From NCBI GenBank assembly GCA_029267355.1, contig JAJUJA010000004.1, positions 1,404-65,403 of the forward strand: a DNA stretch of 64,000 nucleotides, given 5' to 3'. A model generated the notes under the pieces. The model ran no database searches. It saw nothing but the letters and a program-made list of their open reading frames with translations, and was not told the DNA's origin. Source of the DNA: Elusimicrobiota bacterium (lineage in GTDB: Bacteria > Elusimicrobiota > Elusimicrobia > Elusimicrobiales > UBA9959). Below are positions 9,356 to 18,724 of this stretch, in pieces (the first letter of the stretch is position 1; every line of letters begins with the position of its first letter). The position numbers and the translations under genes were made by a program.

Positions 9356-10747
9356 TCAACTCTTTTTAAGCTTCGGACCCGCCGGCGTGTCTTCAATCAG
9401 CCAGCCGAGCGCCTTTATTTTTTCCCTTAATTCGTCGGCCTTTTTGAAATCCCTGTTTTTCTTGGCGGCCGCCCTTTCATTGCTTAAAGAGAGCACTTCC
9501 TGCGGTATTTCCTGTTTTTCCTCATTGAAAATGCCAAAGCCGAGAACTTTCTCAAATTCCTCAGCCAGCCATAACTTTTCCGGCGCTTCAACGGCTGAAT
9601 CTTTAAGCGTTTCCCATAGTATGCTTGAGGCTTTAGGGATATTTAGATCGTCTGATATCGCCTCTTTGAAAGCTGCCAGATAAGCTGAATTTGGATTTTC
9701 TTTTTTAATTCCGCCGGCTTTTTCTTTTACAGCCATAGCTGAAGCTTTGAGATTTTTAAGGCCTCTTGAAGCCGATTCTATCGCCTCAAAGGAAAATTCC
9801 AGCTGTTTTCTGTAATGCGCCTGCGAACAGAAATATCTGTAAACAAGAGGAGAGTATCCCTTCTCTGTTATGGAATCAAGAGTAAGAAAATTATTGGCCG
9901 ATTTTGACATCTTGGCGCTGTCTTTAAGCACCAAGAACTCCATATGAACCCAGTAATTGACGAATTTTTTGCCGGTAGCGCCTTCGGCCTGCGCTATTTC
10001 ATTGGTATGATGAACCGGTATATGATCCACTCCGCCGCAATGTATGTCAAAGGTTTCGCCCAGATATTTCATCGACATGGCCGAGCACTCTATATGCCAG
10101 CCGGGAAAGCCCTTTCCCCATGGCGAATCCCATTCCATCTGCCTTTTAGCGTCTGCCGGCGAAAACTTCCATAGAGAAAAATCAGAGGGATTTCTTTTCT
10201 CGCGGCTCATCTCCACTCTGGCGCCAGCCTTCAGTCCTTCTATATGCGCCTTGCCCACAAGAGCGCCGTAATCTGCAAATTTAGAAGTGTCATAATAAAT
10301 TCCGTCAGAAGCGCGGTAGGTATAGCCCCTGCTTTCAAGTTTTAAAACCATTTCTATCATTTCCTTTATGTGATCTGTAGCCTTGCAGGAAATTGAAGGC
10401 CGCAGGCAGTTTAGAGAATCAAAATGCCTGAAGAAGGCCTTTGTATAGAAATCAGCTATCTCATAGGCGCTTTTCCCCTCTCTTATTGAGGAAAGCTCCA
10501 TTTTATCGTCGCCTTCATCGGCGTCAGAGGTTAAATGCCCGACATCTGTTATATTCATCACATGCTTGACCCTATATCCCAGATATTCCAGCGTTCTTCT
10601 TAAAAAATCCTCCGATATATATGTTCTCATATTGCCTATATGCGCATAATGATAAACCGTCGGTCCGCAGGCATAAACGCCTGCCTCGCCTTCTTTTAAA
10701 GGCTTAAATTCCTCATTTTTTCTTGAAAGCGTATTATAAAGAAACAT
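9356..10747 (-). CDS. cysS: Cysteine--tRNA ligase
   Basis: HIGN (HAHIGNMR) and KMSKS motifs. The start is trimmed to ATG 10747 (GGAGAAAAA-ATG, MFLYNTLSRK..). Confidence 0.95.
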   Translation of the reverse strand: MFLYNTLSRKNEEFKPLKEGEAGVYACGPTVYHYAHIGNMRTYISEDFLRRTLEYLGYRVKHVMNITDVGHLTSDADEGDDKMELSSIREGKSAYEIADFYTKAFFRHFDSLNCLRPSISCKATDHIKEMIEMVLKLESRGYTYRASDGIYYDTSKFADYGALVGKAHIEGLKAGARVEMSREKRNPSDFSLWKFSPADAKRQMEWDSPWGKGFPGWHIECSAMSMKYLGETFDIHCGGVDHIPVHHTNEIAQAEGATGKKFVNYWVHMEFLVLKDSAKMSKSANNFLTLDSITEKGYSPLVYRYFCSQAHYRKQLEFSFEAIESASRGLKNLKASAMAVKEKAGGIKKENPNSAYLAAFKEAISDDLNIPKASSILWETLKDSAVEAPEKLWLAEEFEKVLGFGIFNEEKQEIPQEVLSLSNERAAAKKNRDFKKADELREKIKALGWLIEDTPAGPKLKKS

Positions 10748-10757
10748 TTTTTCTCCT

Positions 10758-11138
10758 TCATTTGGCAAGAGCAAGCCCTGTTTCTATTTCCCTGAAAAAA
10801 TCAGAGCATATTTTTTTCGCATCATCTTTGCCTGCGTAGCCGGCAAAAAGACAGGTAACCTTTACGCTTGAAAAAGGATAAACCGCTCCGTACGGAGACA
10901 TAGAGTAGGAGTAATACGAAGAGGCGGACACAAAAACTTTTGACGAGGCCTCTTCAAGAATGGTTTCAAATTTTTTCTCAAGCTCATAATCGGGAGTTTT
11001 TGACAATTCATAAATCCTTGAAAATTCCTCTTTTGCGCCGGCCTTCTCTTCCTGAGGGCCTGAATATATATAATGCTTTTTTTCGGCTGTGGCGGCGCAG
11101 CCGGCAAGGATGAAGGCAAAAATTATCAAATATCTCAT
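10758..11138 (-). CDS. Small lipoprotein, unknown function
   Basis: MRYLIIFAFILAGC contains a lipobox. The start is taken at ATG 11138, overlapping the ispF stop by 4 nt. Confidence 0.6.
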   Translation of the reverse strand: MRYLIIFAFILAGCAATAEKKHYIYSGPQEEKAGAKEEFSRIYELSKTPDYELEKKFETILEEASSKVFVSASSYYSYSMSPYGAVYPFSSVKVTCLFAGYAGKDDAKKICSDFFREIETGLALAK

Positions 11139-11665
11139 TTCAGAATCACCCCGGCAACGCAGTAGCATATCATCGCCTCTCCCCGGCCCACCTCGCCCAA
11201 TCCTTCCATGCTTTTGGCCTTGAAACTGACCCTATTTTCCTCAAGCTTGAATATTGAAGCCAGAGATTTCTTTATGGGCTCATAGTAGGGCTTTATTTTC
11301 GGCTCTTCAGCGACCAGAGTAACGTCAATCTGATTTATGAAAGCTTTTCTTTTCTTCATTATCTCAAGAACCTTTTCCGCTATCACAGAGCTTGAAATAC
11401 CCATAAGAGTCAAATCCGTGGGAGGGAAATAAACGCCAATCTCGCCTTCGTTAAGAGCGCCGAGTACGGCATCGCAGACGCTGTGTATTATCAAATCTCC
11501 GTCAGAATGGCCCAGCATCCCCTTGGGATAGTCTATTTTGTATCCGCCGAGAATAAGCTCGCGGCCCTCGGTCATTCTGTGTATATCATAGCCAAAACCG
11601 ACTCTGAAATCGCAGATGTTCTTATTTTGTTTTTTTGGAGTTTTTTTTGCAGCTGTTTTTTTCAT
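11135..11665 (-). CDS. ispF: 2-C-methyl-D-erythritol 2,4-cyclodiphosphate synthase
   Basis: RVGFGYDIHR, GHSDGD and the remaining IspF pattern. Lys-rich N-terminal extension. Overlaps ispD by 44 nt in another frame. Confidence 0.9.
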   Translation of the reverse strand: MKKTAAKKTPKKQNKNICDFRVGFGYDIHRMTEGRELILGGYKIDYPKGMLGHSDGDLIIHSVCDAVLGALNEGEIGVYFPPTDLTLMGISSSVIAEKVLEIMKKRKAFINQIDVTLVAEEPKIKPYYEPIKKSLASIFKLEENRVSFKAKSMEGLGEVGRGEAMICYCVAGVILK

Positions 11666-12326
11666 ATAAGGCCTCCGCCAGTATAAGATCTTCCGGGGTG
11701 GTTATTTTAAAATTTTCATAAACGCTTTCAACCGCCGCCGCTTTTATTGAAAGCTTTTCAAGAAGCTGAGAATCATCGGTTAAATCCGTATTTGACTCGG
11801 GCAAAGAAAGCATTTTTTCAAAAATTTCTCTTTTGTAGCATTGAGGCGTTTGAACCGCCGCATGAGTTTTCCTGTCTATGGTTGAAACTATTTTTCCGCC
11901 TGAGATCTTTTTTACGGTGTCTTTAAGCGCAACGACAGGCGCTGACGCTTTGAATTTTGAGGCTGCCTTGATAAGTTTTTCTATGAGCGCGGCGTTTGCG
12001 AAAGGCCTAGCACCGTCATGAACGCAAATAATACCGGCGTCAGTTGAGACAGCTTCATAAGCATTCTTAAGCGATGCCATTCTGGTGTCTCCGCCGAGAA
12101 CGACTTTCACTCTGTCAAAGCCGGCAAAAAGCTTTTTGCCTTTGGAGAAATTATTCTTTGAGAAAGCTATGACAATTTCCTCAATAAACCTGCAGCTGAG
12201 AAAATTGGACGCCGTAATCAGTATAGCGGGCTTGCCGCCGATAAGAGCAAACTGTTTGTCCCTGCCGAAACGTCTGGCGGAGCCGGCCGCCAGTATTAAA
12301 GCGGCGGATCTAAGACTATTTGCCAT
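11622..12326 (-). CDS. ispD: 2-C-methyl-D-erythritol 4-phosphate cytidylyltransferase
   Basis: ALILAAGSARRFG..DKQF, VHDGARPF and conserved context upstream of ispF. Confidence 0.9.
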   Translation of the reverse strand: MANSLRSAALILAAGSARRFGRDKQFALIGGKPAILITASNFLSCRFIEEIVIAFSKNNFSKGKKLFAGFDRVKVVLGGDTRMASLKNAYEAVSTDAGIICVHDGARPFANAALIEKLIKAASKFKASAPVVALKDTVKKISGGKIVSTIDRKTHAAVQTPQCYKREIFEKMLSLPESNTDLTDDSQLLEKLSIKAAAVESVYENFKITTPEDLILAEALYEKNSCKKNSKKTK

Positions 12327-13311
12327 TGTTCTTCTTTACTTTTGTAAAGATTATTCTTCCCTGTGAAGTTTGAAGTATTGACTGCACTATAACTTCCATT
12401 TTTCTTCCTATGCAGTCCCTGCCGTCCTCAACAACCACCATGGTGCCGTCGTCAAGATAGCCGACGCCCTGGCTTTTTTCCTTGCCTTCCTTCATAACGA
12501 ATATCTGCATATCCTCTCCGGGAAGCACTACCGGCTTTAGGGCAGCTGACAGATCATTGACATTCAAAACAGGGACATTTTCAAGCGCGCCGAGCTTATT
12601 TATGTTAAAATCAACGGTTATTATGGAGCATTTCAGCTCCTTGGCTATTTTTACCGTCTTGGAAGAGACATCGGACAGTTCTTTAATATCTCTGTCTATT
12701 ATTTTAAAAGGCAGGGCCTTTGTTTCTCTAAGTCTTGCCAATATATCCAGGCCCCTTCTTCCTCTGGCCTTTTCCATCGGGTCCTGATATTCCGTAAGCT
12801 TATGAAGATGGTCAAGAATAAATCTCGGCACCACCAGAGAGCCTGAGATAAAGCCTGTTTCGCAAATATCCAAAATCCTGCCGTCTATAATGCAGCTTAA
12901 ATCAAGAAGCTTTATTGTCCTGCCTACTTTCTTTCCGAGCTGAGAAATATCCGTATCAAGCTCATCAAGCTCGCTGACTTTTTTAACCCCTATAACCATG
13001 CCGAGTAAAGCCAGCACATATTTGAGTATGAAATTAAATCTGGACCACATAGCGCTGAGAGAGTCATTGTCTATCTGATAAACGGTGTAATCAAACAGTT
13101 TAGCAACTATTATACCCACAGCGGCTCCCATTATGCCTACAATGAGAACCGAAAGTTTGGTGTTTTCAAGCACATATTCGGCGGCGACCATCAGAAGCCC
13201 TATGAATAAGCCGAGCAAAATTCCGTTCAAGTTTTGAGAAATTTGAAAATAGGCGACTATAGGAGTTCCGGCAACGGCCAGTATCCTGAATATCCATATT
13301 ATCATAAGCAC
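12316..13311 (-). CDS. Membrane-anchored PIN/TRAM domain protein (YacL-like)
   Basis: Four N-terminal TM segments, a PIN-like core and a C-terminal TRAM-like beta domain. It sits in the radA-yacL-ispD-ispF order known from Firmicutes. Confidence 0.7.
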   Translation of the reverse strand: MLMIIWIFRILAVAGTPIVAYFQISQNLNGILLGLFIGLLMVAAEYVLENTKLSVLIVGIMGAAVGIIVAKLFDYTVYQIDNDSLSAMWSRFNFILKYVLALLGMVIGVKKVSELDELDTDISQLGKKVGRTIKLLDLSCIIDGRILDICETGFISGSLVVPRFILDHLHKLTEYQDPMEKARGRRGLDILARLRETKALPFKIIDRDIKELSDVSSKTVKIAKELKCSIITVDFNINKLGALENVPVLNVNDLSAALKPVVLPGEDMQIFVMKEGKEKSQGVGYLDDGTMVVVEDGRDCIGRKMEVIVQSILQTSQGRIIFTKVKKNNGK

Positions 13312-13418
13312 CTCATAGCCCGAAACTGACGGGCGGAATAATAATACATTTTACTATAATTTGAGAGCCTTAATTATGCCGGCCCAGCAGAAAGCCGGCG
13401 GGCGGAAACAAACCGGCG

Positions 13419-14777
13419 CTATTTATGAGATTTTAACAGGGAATGCAGTTCTCTTAAGTCTGAAACTTTAATTATCTCTATATCAAATTTCTGTTTTTCC
13501 TTAAAGCCGGCCGGCACAAACACTTTTCTGAAGCCGCGCCTGTCCAGTTCAGCTATCCTTTGAGAAATATAGGGACACATTGAAACCCCGGCCAGAATCC
13601 CGACTTCCCCCAGAAAAGCGCAGTCTCCTTTTACGGCAATATCCGTAAGCGAGGATATCATAGCCGCGCAGAAGGCCAAATCCGCGGCCGTATCCTTTGT
13701 TTTAAGCCCGCCCTTTACTCCGGCGAAAATATCCTGAGAATCAAATCTAAGGCCGGTGTTTTTTTCAACTGCCGCCACCAGCATTTGCGCCCTGGCATTT
13801 TCTATTCCGTTAAAAACGCGCCTGGGATAGGGATAAAAAGTCCTGTTTACCAAAGCTTCAACCTCGGCCGGCATCGGACGGCTGCCTTCAAAAAAAACGG
13901 TTCTCGCCCTGCCGCAAACCGCATCTTTCTCCTGAGCGCTGAAAGAAAAGGCGTCCGGAGCCGAAATAAGCCCTGAAGAAGTCATCTCAAATATGCCTAT
14001 TTCGTCTGCGGGTCCGAATCTATTTTTCTGCGCCCTTACTATCCTGTAGGCGCCGTTTTTTTCGCTTTCAAAGTAAAGCACCGTATCCACCATATGCTCC
14101 AAAAGCTTCGGGCCGGCCAAATCGCCTTCCTTGGTAATATGGCCTAGTATGAAAAGAGAAATTGAATTCTGCTTTGAAAGCCTTAAAAGCTCCGCTGCGC
14201 ATTCTCTTATCTGGGCCATGCCGCCTGAAGCGGAACCTATTTCCGGGTGATAAACGGTTTGTATAGAATCAATGACAACCACGGCAGGCTTTATCTTTTT
14301 TATCTCTTCGGATATTTTGAGCAGATTTGTTTCTGACAAAAGATATATCCTGCTGTCTGAAATTGAAAGTCTTGCCGCCCTGGAGGAAACCTGCTGGCAG
14401 GATTCTTCGCCTGAAACATACAGGCATTTATCGCCGTCCTTTGCTATCAAACCGGCCGCCTCAAGCATAAGAGTGCTTTTACCTATGCCAGGAGGGCCGG
14501 CAAGCAAAGTTATCTGTCCTTTTATAAAACCGCCGCCCAAAGCCCTGTCAAATTCGCCAAGCCCCGTTTTCTTTTTTTCAGTTTTAATCTCAAAAGCTTT
14601 ATCCAGCGTTATCGCCGGAGAGCTGAATTCTGTCAAAGCGCGCCTCTGCTTTTCAGAAACTTCAGCCACGGCGTCCTCTATCAAAGAATTCCATTTGCCG
14701 CAGGAGGAACATTGCCCCTGCCACTTGGCGTGAGAAGCGCCGCAGGACGAGCAGATATAAACCTTCTTTATTTTCAT
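13419..14777 (-). CDS. radA: DNA repair protein RadA
   Basis: N-terminal CSSCG..C..C zinc finger, Walker A GPPGIGKST, KNRFG motif and a Lon-like C-terminal domain. Confidence 0.95.
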   Translation of the reverse strand: MKIKKVYICSSCGASHAKWQGQCSSCGKWNSLIEDAVAEVSEKQRRALTEFSSPAITLDKAFEIKTEKKKTGLGEFDRALGGGFIKGQITLLAGPPGIGKSTLMLEAAGLIAKDGDKCLYVSGEESCQQVSSRAARLSISDSRIYLLSETNLLKISEEIKKIKPAVVVIDSIQTVYHPEIGSASGGMAQIRECAAELLRLSKQNSISLFILGHITKEGDLAGPKLLEHMVDTVLYFESEKNGAYRIVRAQKNRFGPADEIGIFEMTSSGLISAPDAFSFSAQEKDAVCGRARTVFFEGSRPMPAEVEALVNRTFYPYPRRVFNGIENARAQMLVAAVEKNTGLRFDSQDIFAGVKGGLKTKDTAADLAFCAAMISSLTDIAVKGDCAFLGEVGILAGVSMCPYISQRIAELDRRGFRKVFVPAGFKEKQKFDIEIIKVSDLRELHSLLKSHK

Positions 14778-16072
14778 TTAAGCGCCAGAGAAGATCCTGA
14801 AGCCAGCCCGAAAAGATAGGCCAGGTCCTTATCCTCAAATAGTATCTTTGCCGTATAGCTGACCCTTTTTACTTCAAGCAAATCAGACACTCTTATGCCG
14901 ACTTGAGCTGCGGAATTTACTTTAAAGTCAGCTCCGATATCATATCTAGGGTCATTAAATCTTCTGCCCTTTATCACCCTGTTCCTTGAAAAATCATTCC
15001 CTTCCAGAAACAGAGACAATCTGCCCCAGAGAGGGTCCCTGTAAAAAAGCCTGTATCTTATTCCCGCGCCGGCATTGCCCCTCAAGGCGCCTACATATAC
15101 ATCCGCCTGCTTTCTTTCCCAGCCCATATAGGCGTCAACAAGGTTTTTCTCTTCATAGCTTATGCCTCTATCCTTGTTCTTTATATTGAAAAAATTGGAC
15201 ATGCCGCCGTAGTAGTATCTGTTTTCTCCCGTATAAATCCTGACGCCGAATGAATTCATATTATATTCCGAAAGCGGCTCATAGCGGCTGTCAAGATGCC
15301 AGTATGTCCTTATTCTGGAAGCCTTGCCCATCATCTTCTTTATTGAATCGCTTGTTTCCCTTATATTGCTTATGGTCTGCTTTATTTCATCCTTTGAATT
15401 TTTGTCTGAAATAAGCGCTCCCAGCGGGCCTTCGCCTTTATCTATCTTTGCCACAAGCGCATCAGTCTTTTCAAGTATGGAATTTATCTTTTCAGTTATG
15501 TCATCAATATTGTTTGCGCTTTTTTCAAGAGCCGGCTTTGACACGGCTATCATTTCGCTTAAATCCGCCGATATATCCCTGAGATTTGCCACGGCTTCAT
15601 TCAGATTTTTTGTAAATTCGCCTTTATTGTTAAAGCCTTTCATAAAATCCTGCAGGTCGGCCACGGCGTTTATTATGGCCTTGTCCAGAGATATTATATT
15701 TTCGCCCGAAACTATTTCTCCCTCACTTATAACTCCGCTTGAAGGATCGCCCTGGTCTATTTGAAGGAATTTGGAGCCGATGATGCTTGTTGATCCTATC
15801 ATAAAGCGTGAATTTTTATATATCTCAACGCCTCTTCTAACAGACAAAACCACTGCCACCTGGTCTTTGTCTATATAAATATCCTTTACTTTACCCACAT
15901 CAACTCCGCTTAGTTTAATGTTTGATTTATCGGCCAGACCGGCTATATCCCTGAATTTGACAGTAAATATGTAATGGCTTTTAAAGGAAAAATCGCCCAG
16001 AAGAAAAATAGCGGTAGCAAGAAAAAGCAAGCCGCTCAAAACGAAAAGCCCGACTTTGGTTTCATCTTTCAT
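14774..16072 (-). CDS. mlaD: MCE/MlaD-family protein with a coiled-coil and a beta-rich C-terminal extension
   Basis: N-terminal TM plus MCE domain (FRDIAGLADKSNIKLSGVDVGKVKDI..). About 130 aa are helical, then about 185 aa are aromatic/Gly-rich with an alternating pattern. Confidence 0.8.
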   Translation of the reverse strand: MKDETKVGLFVLSGLLFLATAIFLLGDFSFKSHYIFTVKFRDIAGLADKSNIKLSGVDVGKVKDIYIDKDQVAVVLSVRRGVEIYKNSRFMIGSTSIIGSKFLQIDQGDPSSGVISEGEIVSGENIISLDKAIINAVADLQDFMKGFNNKGEFTKNLNEAVANLRDISADLSEMIAVSKPALEKSANNIDDITEKINSILEKTDALVAKIDKGEGPLGALISDKNSKDEIKQTISNIRETSDSIKKMMGKASRIRTYWHLDSRYEPLSEYNMNSFGVRIYTGENRYYYGGMSNFFNIKNKDRGISYEEKNLVDAYMGWERKQADVYVGALRGNAGAGIRYRLFYRDPLWGRLSLFLEGNDFSRNRVIKGRRFNDPRYDIGADFKVNSAAQVGIRVSDLLEVKRVSYTAKILFEDKDLAYLFGLASGSSLALK

Positions 16073-16099
16073 TTCAGCTCCCGAAATACATTATATAAA

Positions 16100-16846
16100 T
16101 TATGAATCTCCGGCCTGACAGGAACAATTTTCCAAAAACTCCCTTACAACCGTATTGGCGCTGTTTTTTATTTTTTGCGGCGAACCTATCTCTATGATTT
16201 TCCCGCCCTGAAAAAAAGCGATTTTATCCGATATCTCCATAGCCAGTTTCACGTCATGGGTCACGATAACTGATGTAACTTTCAGTTTCTCAGACATTTC
16301 TTTTATAAGTTTAGCCACCATCTCGCCTGTAATCGGATCCAGCCCTGTGGTGGGCTCATCGTATAGGAGATAAGAAGGGCCAGGAGCTATGGCTCTGGCC
16401 AAGGCCACCCTTTTTTTCATTCCGCCGGAAAGTTCGCTTATTTTCAAATATTCGCTTTTCTCCAGTCCTACCATTTTCAATTTCTCGCAGGCGACATCAA
16501 AATATTTTTCAGGCGCGATCCCGGTCAAATATTTAAGCCCGAAAGCAACATTTTCCCATACGCAAAGGGAATCAAAAAGAGCTCCTTCCTGAAACAAATA
16601 TCCCATTTTCTTTCTTATTTCCTGAAGCTCTTTCTCGCTCAAATTTCCTGCTATATTGCGCCCGTCAAGAAAAATCTCGCCGGAGTCGGGCCTGTTCAGG
16701 CCTATCAGGCATTTAAGAAAAGTGCTCTTGCCAGTGCCGGAAGGCCCCATTATTGAAAAAATCTCCCCGGTTTCTATCGTAAGGGAAATGCCGTCCAGAA
16801 CCTTTTTTGGGGGATAATTTTTGACCAGATCTCTTATATCTATCAT
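16100..16846 (-). CDS. mlaF: ABC transporter ATP-binding protein (MlaF-like)
   Basis: Walker A GPSGTGKST, signature LSGGMKKR and Walker B LLYDEPT. Confidence 0.9.
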   Translation of the reverse strand: MIDIRDLVKNYPPKKVLDGISLTIETGEIFSIMGPSGTGKSTFLKCLIGLNRPDSGEIFLDGRNIAGNLSEKELQEIRKKMGYLFQEGALFDSLCVWENVAFGLKYLTGIAPEKYFDVACEKLKMVGLEKSEYLKISELSGGMKKRVALARAIAPGPSYLLYDEPTTGLDPITGEMVAKLIKEMSEKLKVTSVIVTHDVKLAMEISDKIAFFQGGKIIEIGSPQKIKNSANTVVREFLENCSCQAGDS

Positions 16847-17625
16847 CAGCTTATCCCCACGGCCACAAGAAGCGCGCTCACAAAATAGTCTATGGCCAGT
16901 ATTAAAACCATGGATGAAACGACAGATTCTGTCGTTGCCTTCCCGACTCCCTGAGCTCCGCCCTGGGCGTAAAGTCCCTTATAACATGACACTGTCGCTA
17001 TAATAAAAGCGAAGAAGAAGCTCTTTATGAAACCGTGCATAAAATTCTTCACTTCCATATAGTTAAAAATATCGTCAAAATAGACGCTTGAAGCAACTGA
17101 AAGTTTTACTGAACTTACCATAAATCCGCCGAGTATTCCTATAAAATCGCTGAAAACGGTCAGAACAGGCAGAGCTATCATAAAGGCGAAATATCTCGGT
17201 ATAACAAGATAAGAAGAAGGATTGGTGCCCAGCGTATAAAGCGCGTCTATTTGCTCTGTCACGCGCATAGTGCCTATCTCGGCAGTTACGGCTGCTCCCG
17301 CCCTGCCCGCCACCACAATTGCAGTAAGTACAGGGCCCAGCTCTTTGACAAGAGAAAAACCCACAACGCTGCCCACATAAAGAGGCTCATTGAACAGAGA
17401 TTTTGAGGTATATCCGCTTTGGAGCGCCAGAACCATGCCTGTAAAAAGCGAGGTCAGCGAAGTAACGCTCAATGACTGCACGCCTATGCGTACGGTCTGT
17501 TTTACTATCTCTTTTTTCTCCAAAGGCGCAAGGAAAATCCAGGCCAAGGCCGAAGCCGTCATATAATAAGTCTGACCCAGTTTTTTGGCCAGAGCCAGAA
17601 GTTTTTCGCCTATGACGGCAATCAT
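16846..17625 (-). CDS. mlaE: ABC transporter permease (MlaE-like)
   Basis: MlaE-type polytopic permease pattern. 1-nt overlap with mlaF. Confidence 0.85.
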   Translation of the reverse strand: MIAVIGEKLLALAKKLGQTYYMTASALAWIFLAPLEKKEIVKQTVRIGVQSLSVTSLTSLFTGMVLALQSGYTSKSLFNEPLYVGSVVGFSLVKELGPVLTAIVVAGRAGAAVTAEIGTMRVTEQIDALYTLGTNPSSYLVIPRYFAFMIALPVLTVFSDFIGILGGFMVSSVKLSVASSVYFDDIFNYMEVKNFMHGFIKSFFFAFIIATVSCYKGLYAQGGAQGVGKATTESVVSSMVLILAIDYFVSALLVAVGIS

Positions 17626-17634
17626 AAAAACGCC

Positions 17635-18723
17635 TCACATTTTATAAATTCTCGGCACTCTGCTCATGATCAAGGTCGTTATCTCATAGCCTATGGTATC
17701 AGCCAGAGAAGCCAGAAAATCAGGCCCTATATATTCTTTTCCGCTTTTGCCCATAAGGACAACTTCATCACCGACCTGAGCTTTTTTAAGGCCGCTTATA
17801 TCGGCCATGAACATATCCATGGTTATATTGCCGACAATAGGACATTTTTGTCCATCGATGAGGACATAACCTCTGTTTGAGAACGCTCTTATATATCCGT
17901 CTCCGTAGCCGGCAGGTATCGTAGCCACACGCATATTTTTAGCGGCCTTGTAAGACTTATTGTAGCTTATAAAAGCGCCTCTTTTAACGTTTTTAATGAA
18001 CACTATTCTGCTTTTCAAAGACATTGCCGGCTTAAACCCTTTTACATATCCATAAGCCGCCCAGCCGCATCTCGCCATATCAAAACGCGCCCGCGGGAAA
18101 TTAAGGGCCCCCGCCGAATTGGCCATATGTCTTTCTATGAACTTCTCATATGGAGCGGTTATCTTTTTAAAAAGGTTCAGCTGCATCAAGGAATAGTCCC
18201 TGTCGCAATCTGCGCTTGAAAAATGGCTGTAAGCCGCCTGAACGCAAACATTCCTGGAGGTTTCCAAAAAAGACATTATGCTTTTGAAAGCGTTTTCGCT
18301 TACGCCTATTCTGTTCATGCCTGTCTCTATTTTTATATGACAATTGATTTTTTTCCCTAGAGACATAGCGGTTTTATCCAGCTCTTTTACTCCCCAGAGG
18401 CTTGAAATCGTGGGCGTGAGATTATGTTCGGCGAAAGCCTGAAAATTTTTCATCGGATAGACGCTGCCCAGAACCAAAACAGGCAATTTTATGCCTTTTT
18501 GCCTTAAAAGAAGACCTTCCTCTACGGAGGAAACGCCAAGCCAGTCGCAAAGCCTGTTTTGCTGGGCGAAAAGAGAAACCTCTTCTATGCCGTGGCCGTA
18601 AGCGTTGGCCTTGACCACGAACATAAGCCTGGACTTGCCAAGGATTTCTTTAAGTTTTTTAAGATTATAAGCCAGCGAATTAAGATCTATCTCCGCCCAT
18701 GTGGGCCTGAATAAATCTTTCAT
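17635..18723 (-). CDS. alr: Alanine racemase
   Basis: The PLP-Lys motif VVKANAYGHG and overall Alr pattern. Confidence 0.9.
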   Translation of the reverse strand: MKDLFRPTWAEIDLNSLAYNLKKLKEILGKSRLMFVVKANAYGHGIEEVSLFAQQNRLCDWLGVSSVEEGLLLRQKGIKLPVLVLGSVYPMKNFQAFAEHNLTPTISSLWGVKELDKTAMSLGKKINCHIKIETGMNRIGVSENAFKSIMSFLETSRNVCVQAAYSHFSSADCDRDYSLMQLNLFKKITAPYEKFIERHMANSAGALNFPRARFDMARCGWAAYGYVKGFKPAMSLKSRIVFIKNVKRGAFISYNKSYKAAKNMRVATIPAGYGDGYIRAFSNRGYVLIDGQKCPIVGNITMDMFMADISGLKKAQVGDEVVLMGKSGKEYIGPDFLASLADTIGYEITTLIMSRVPRIYKM

Positions 18724-18724
18724 A

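Noticed and set aside
11622-11665. ispD/ispF 44-nt overlap as a possible disrupted bifunctional ispDF fusion
   Set aside because: The two genes are in different frames, each with its own start and stop and a full-length domain. This looks like ordinary overlap rather than a frameshifted fusion.
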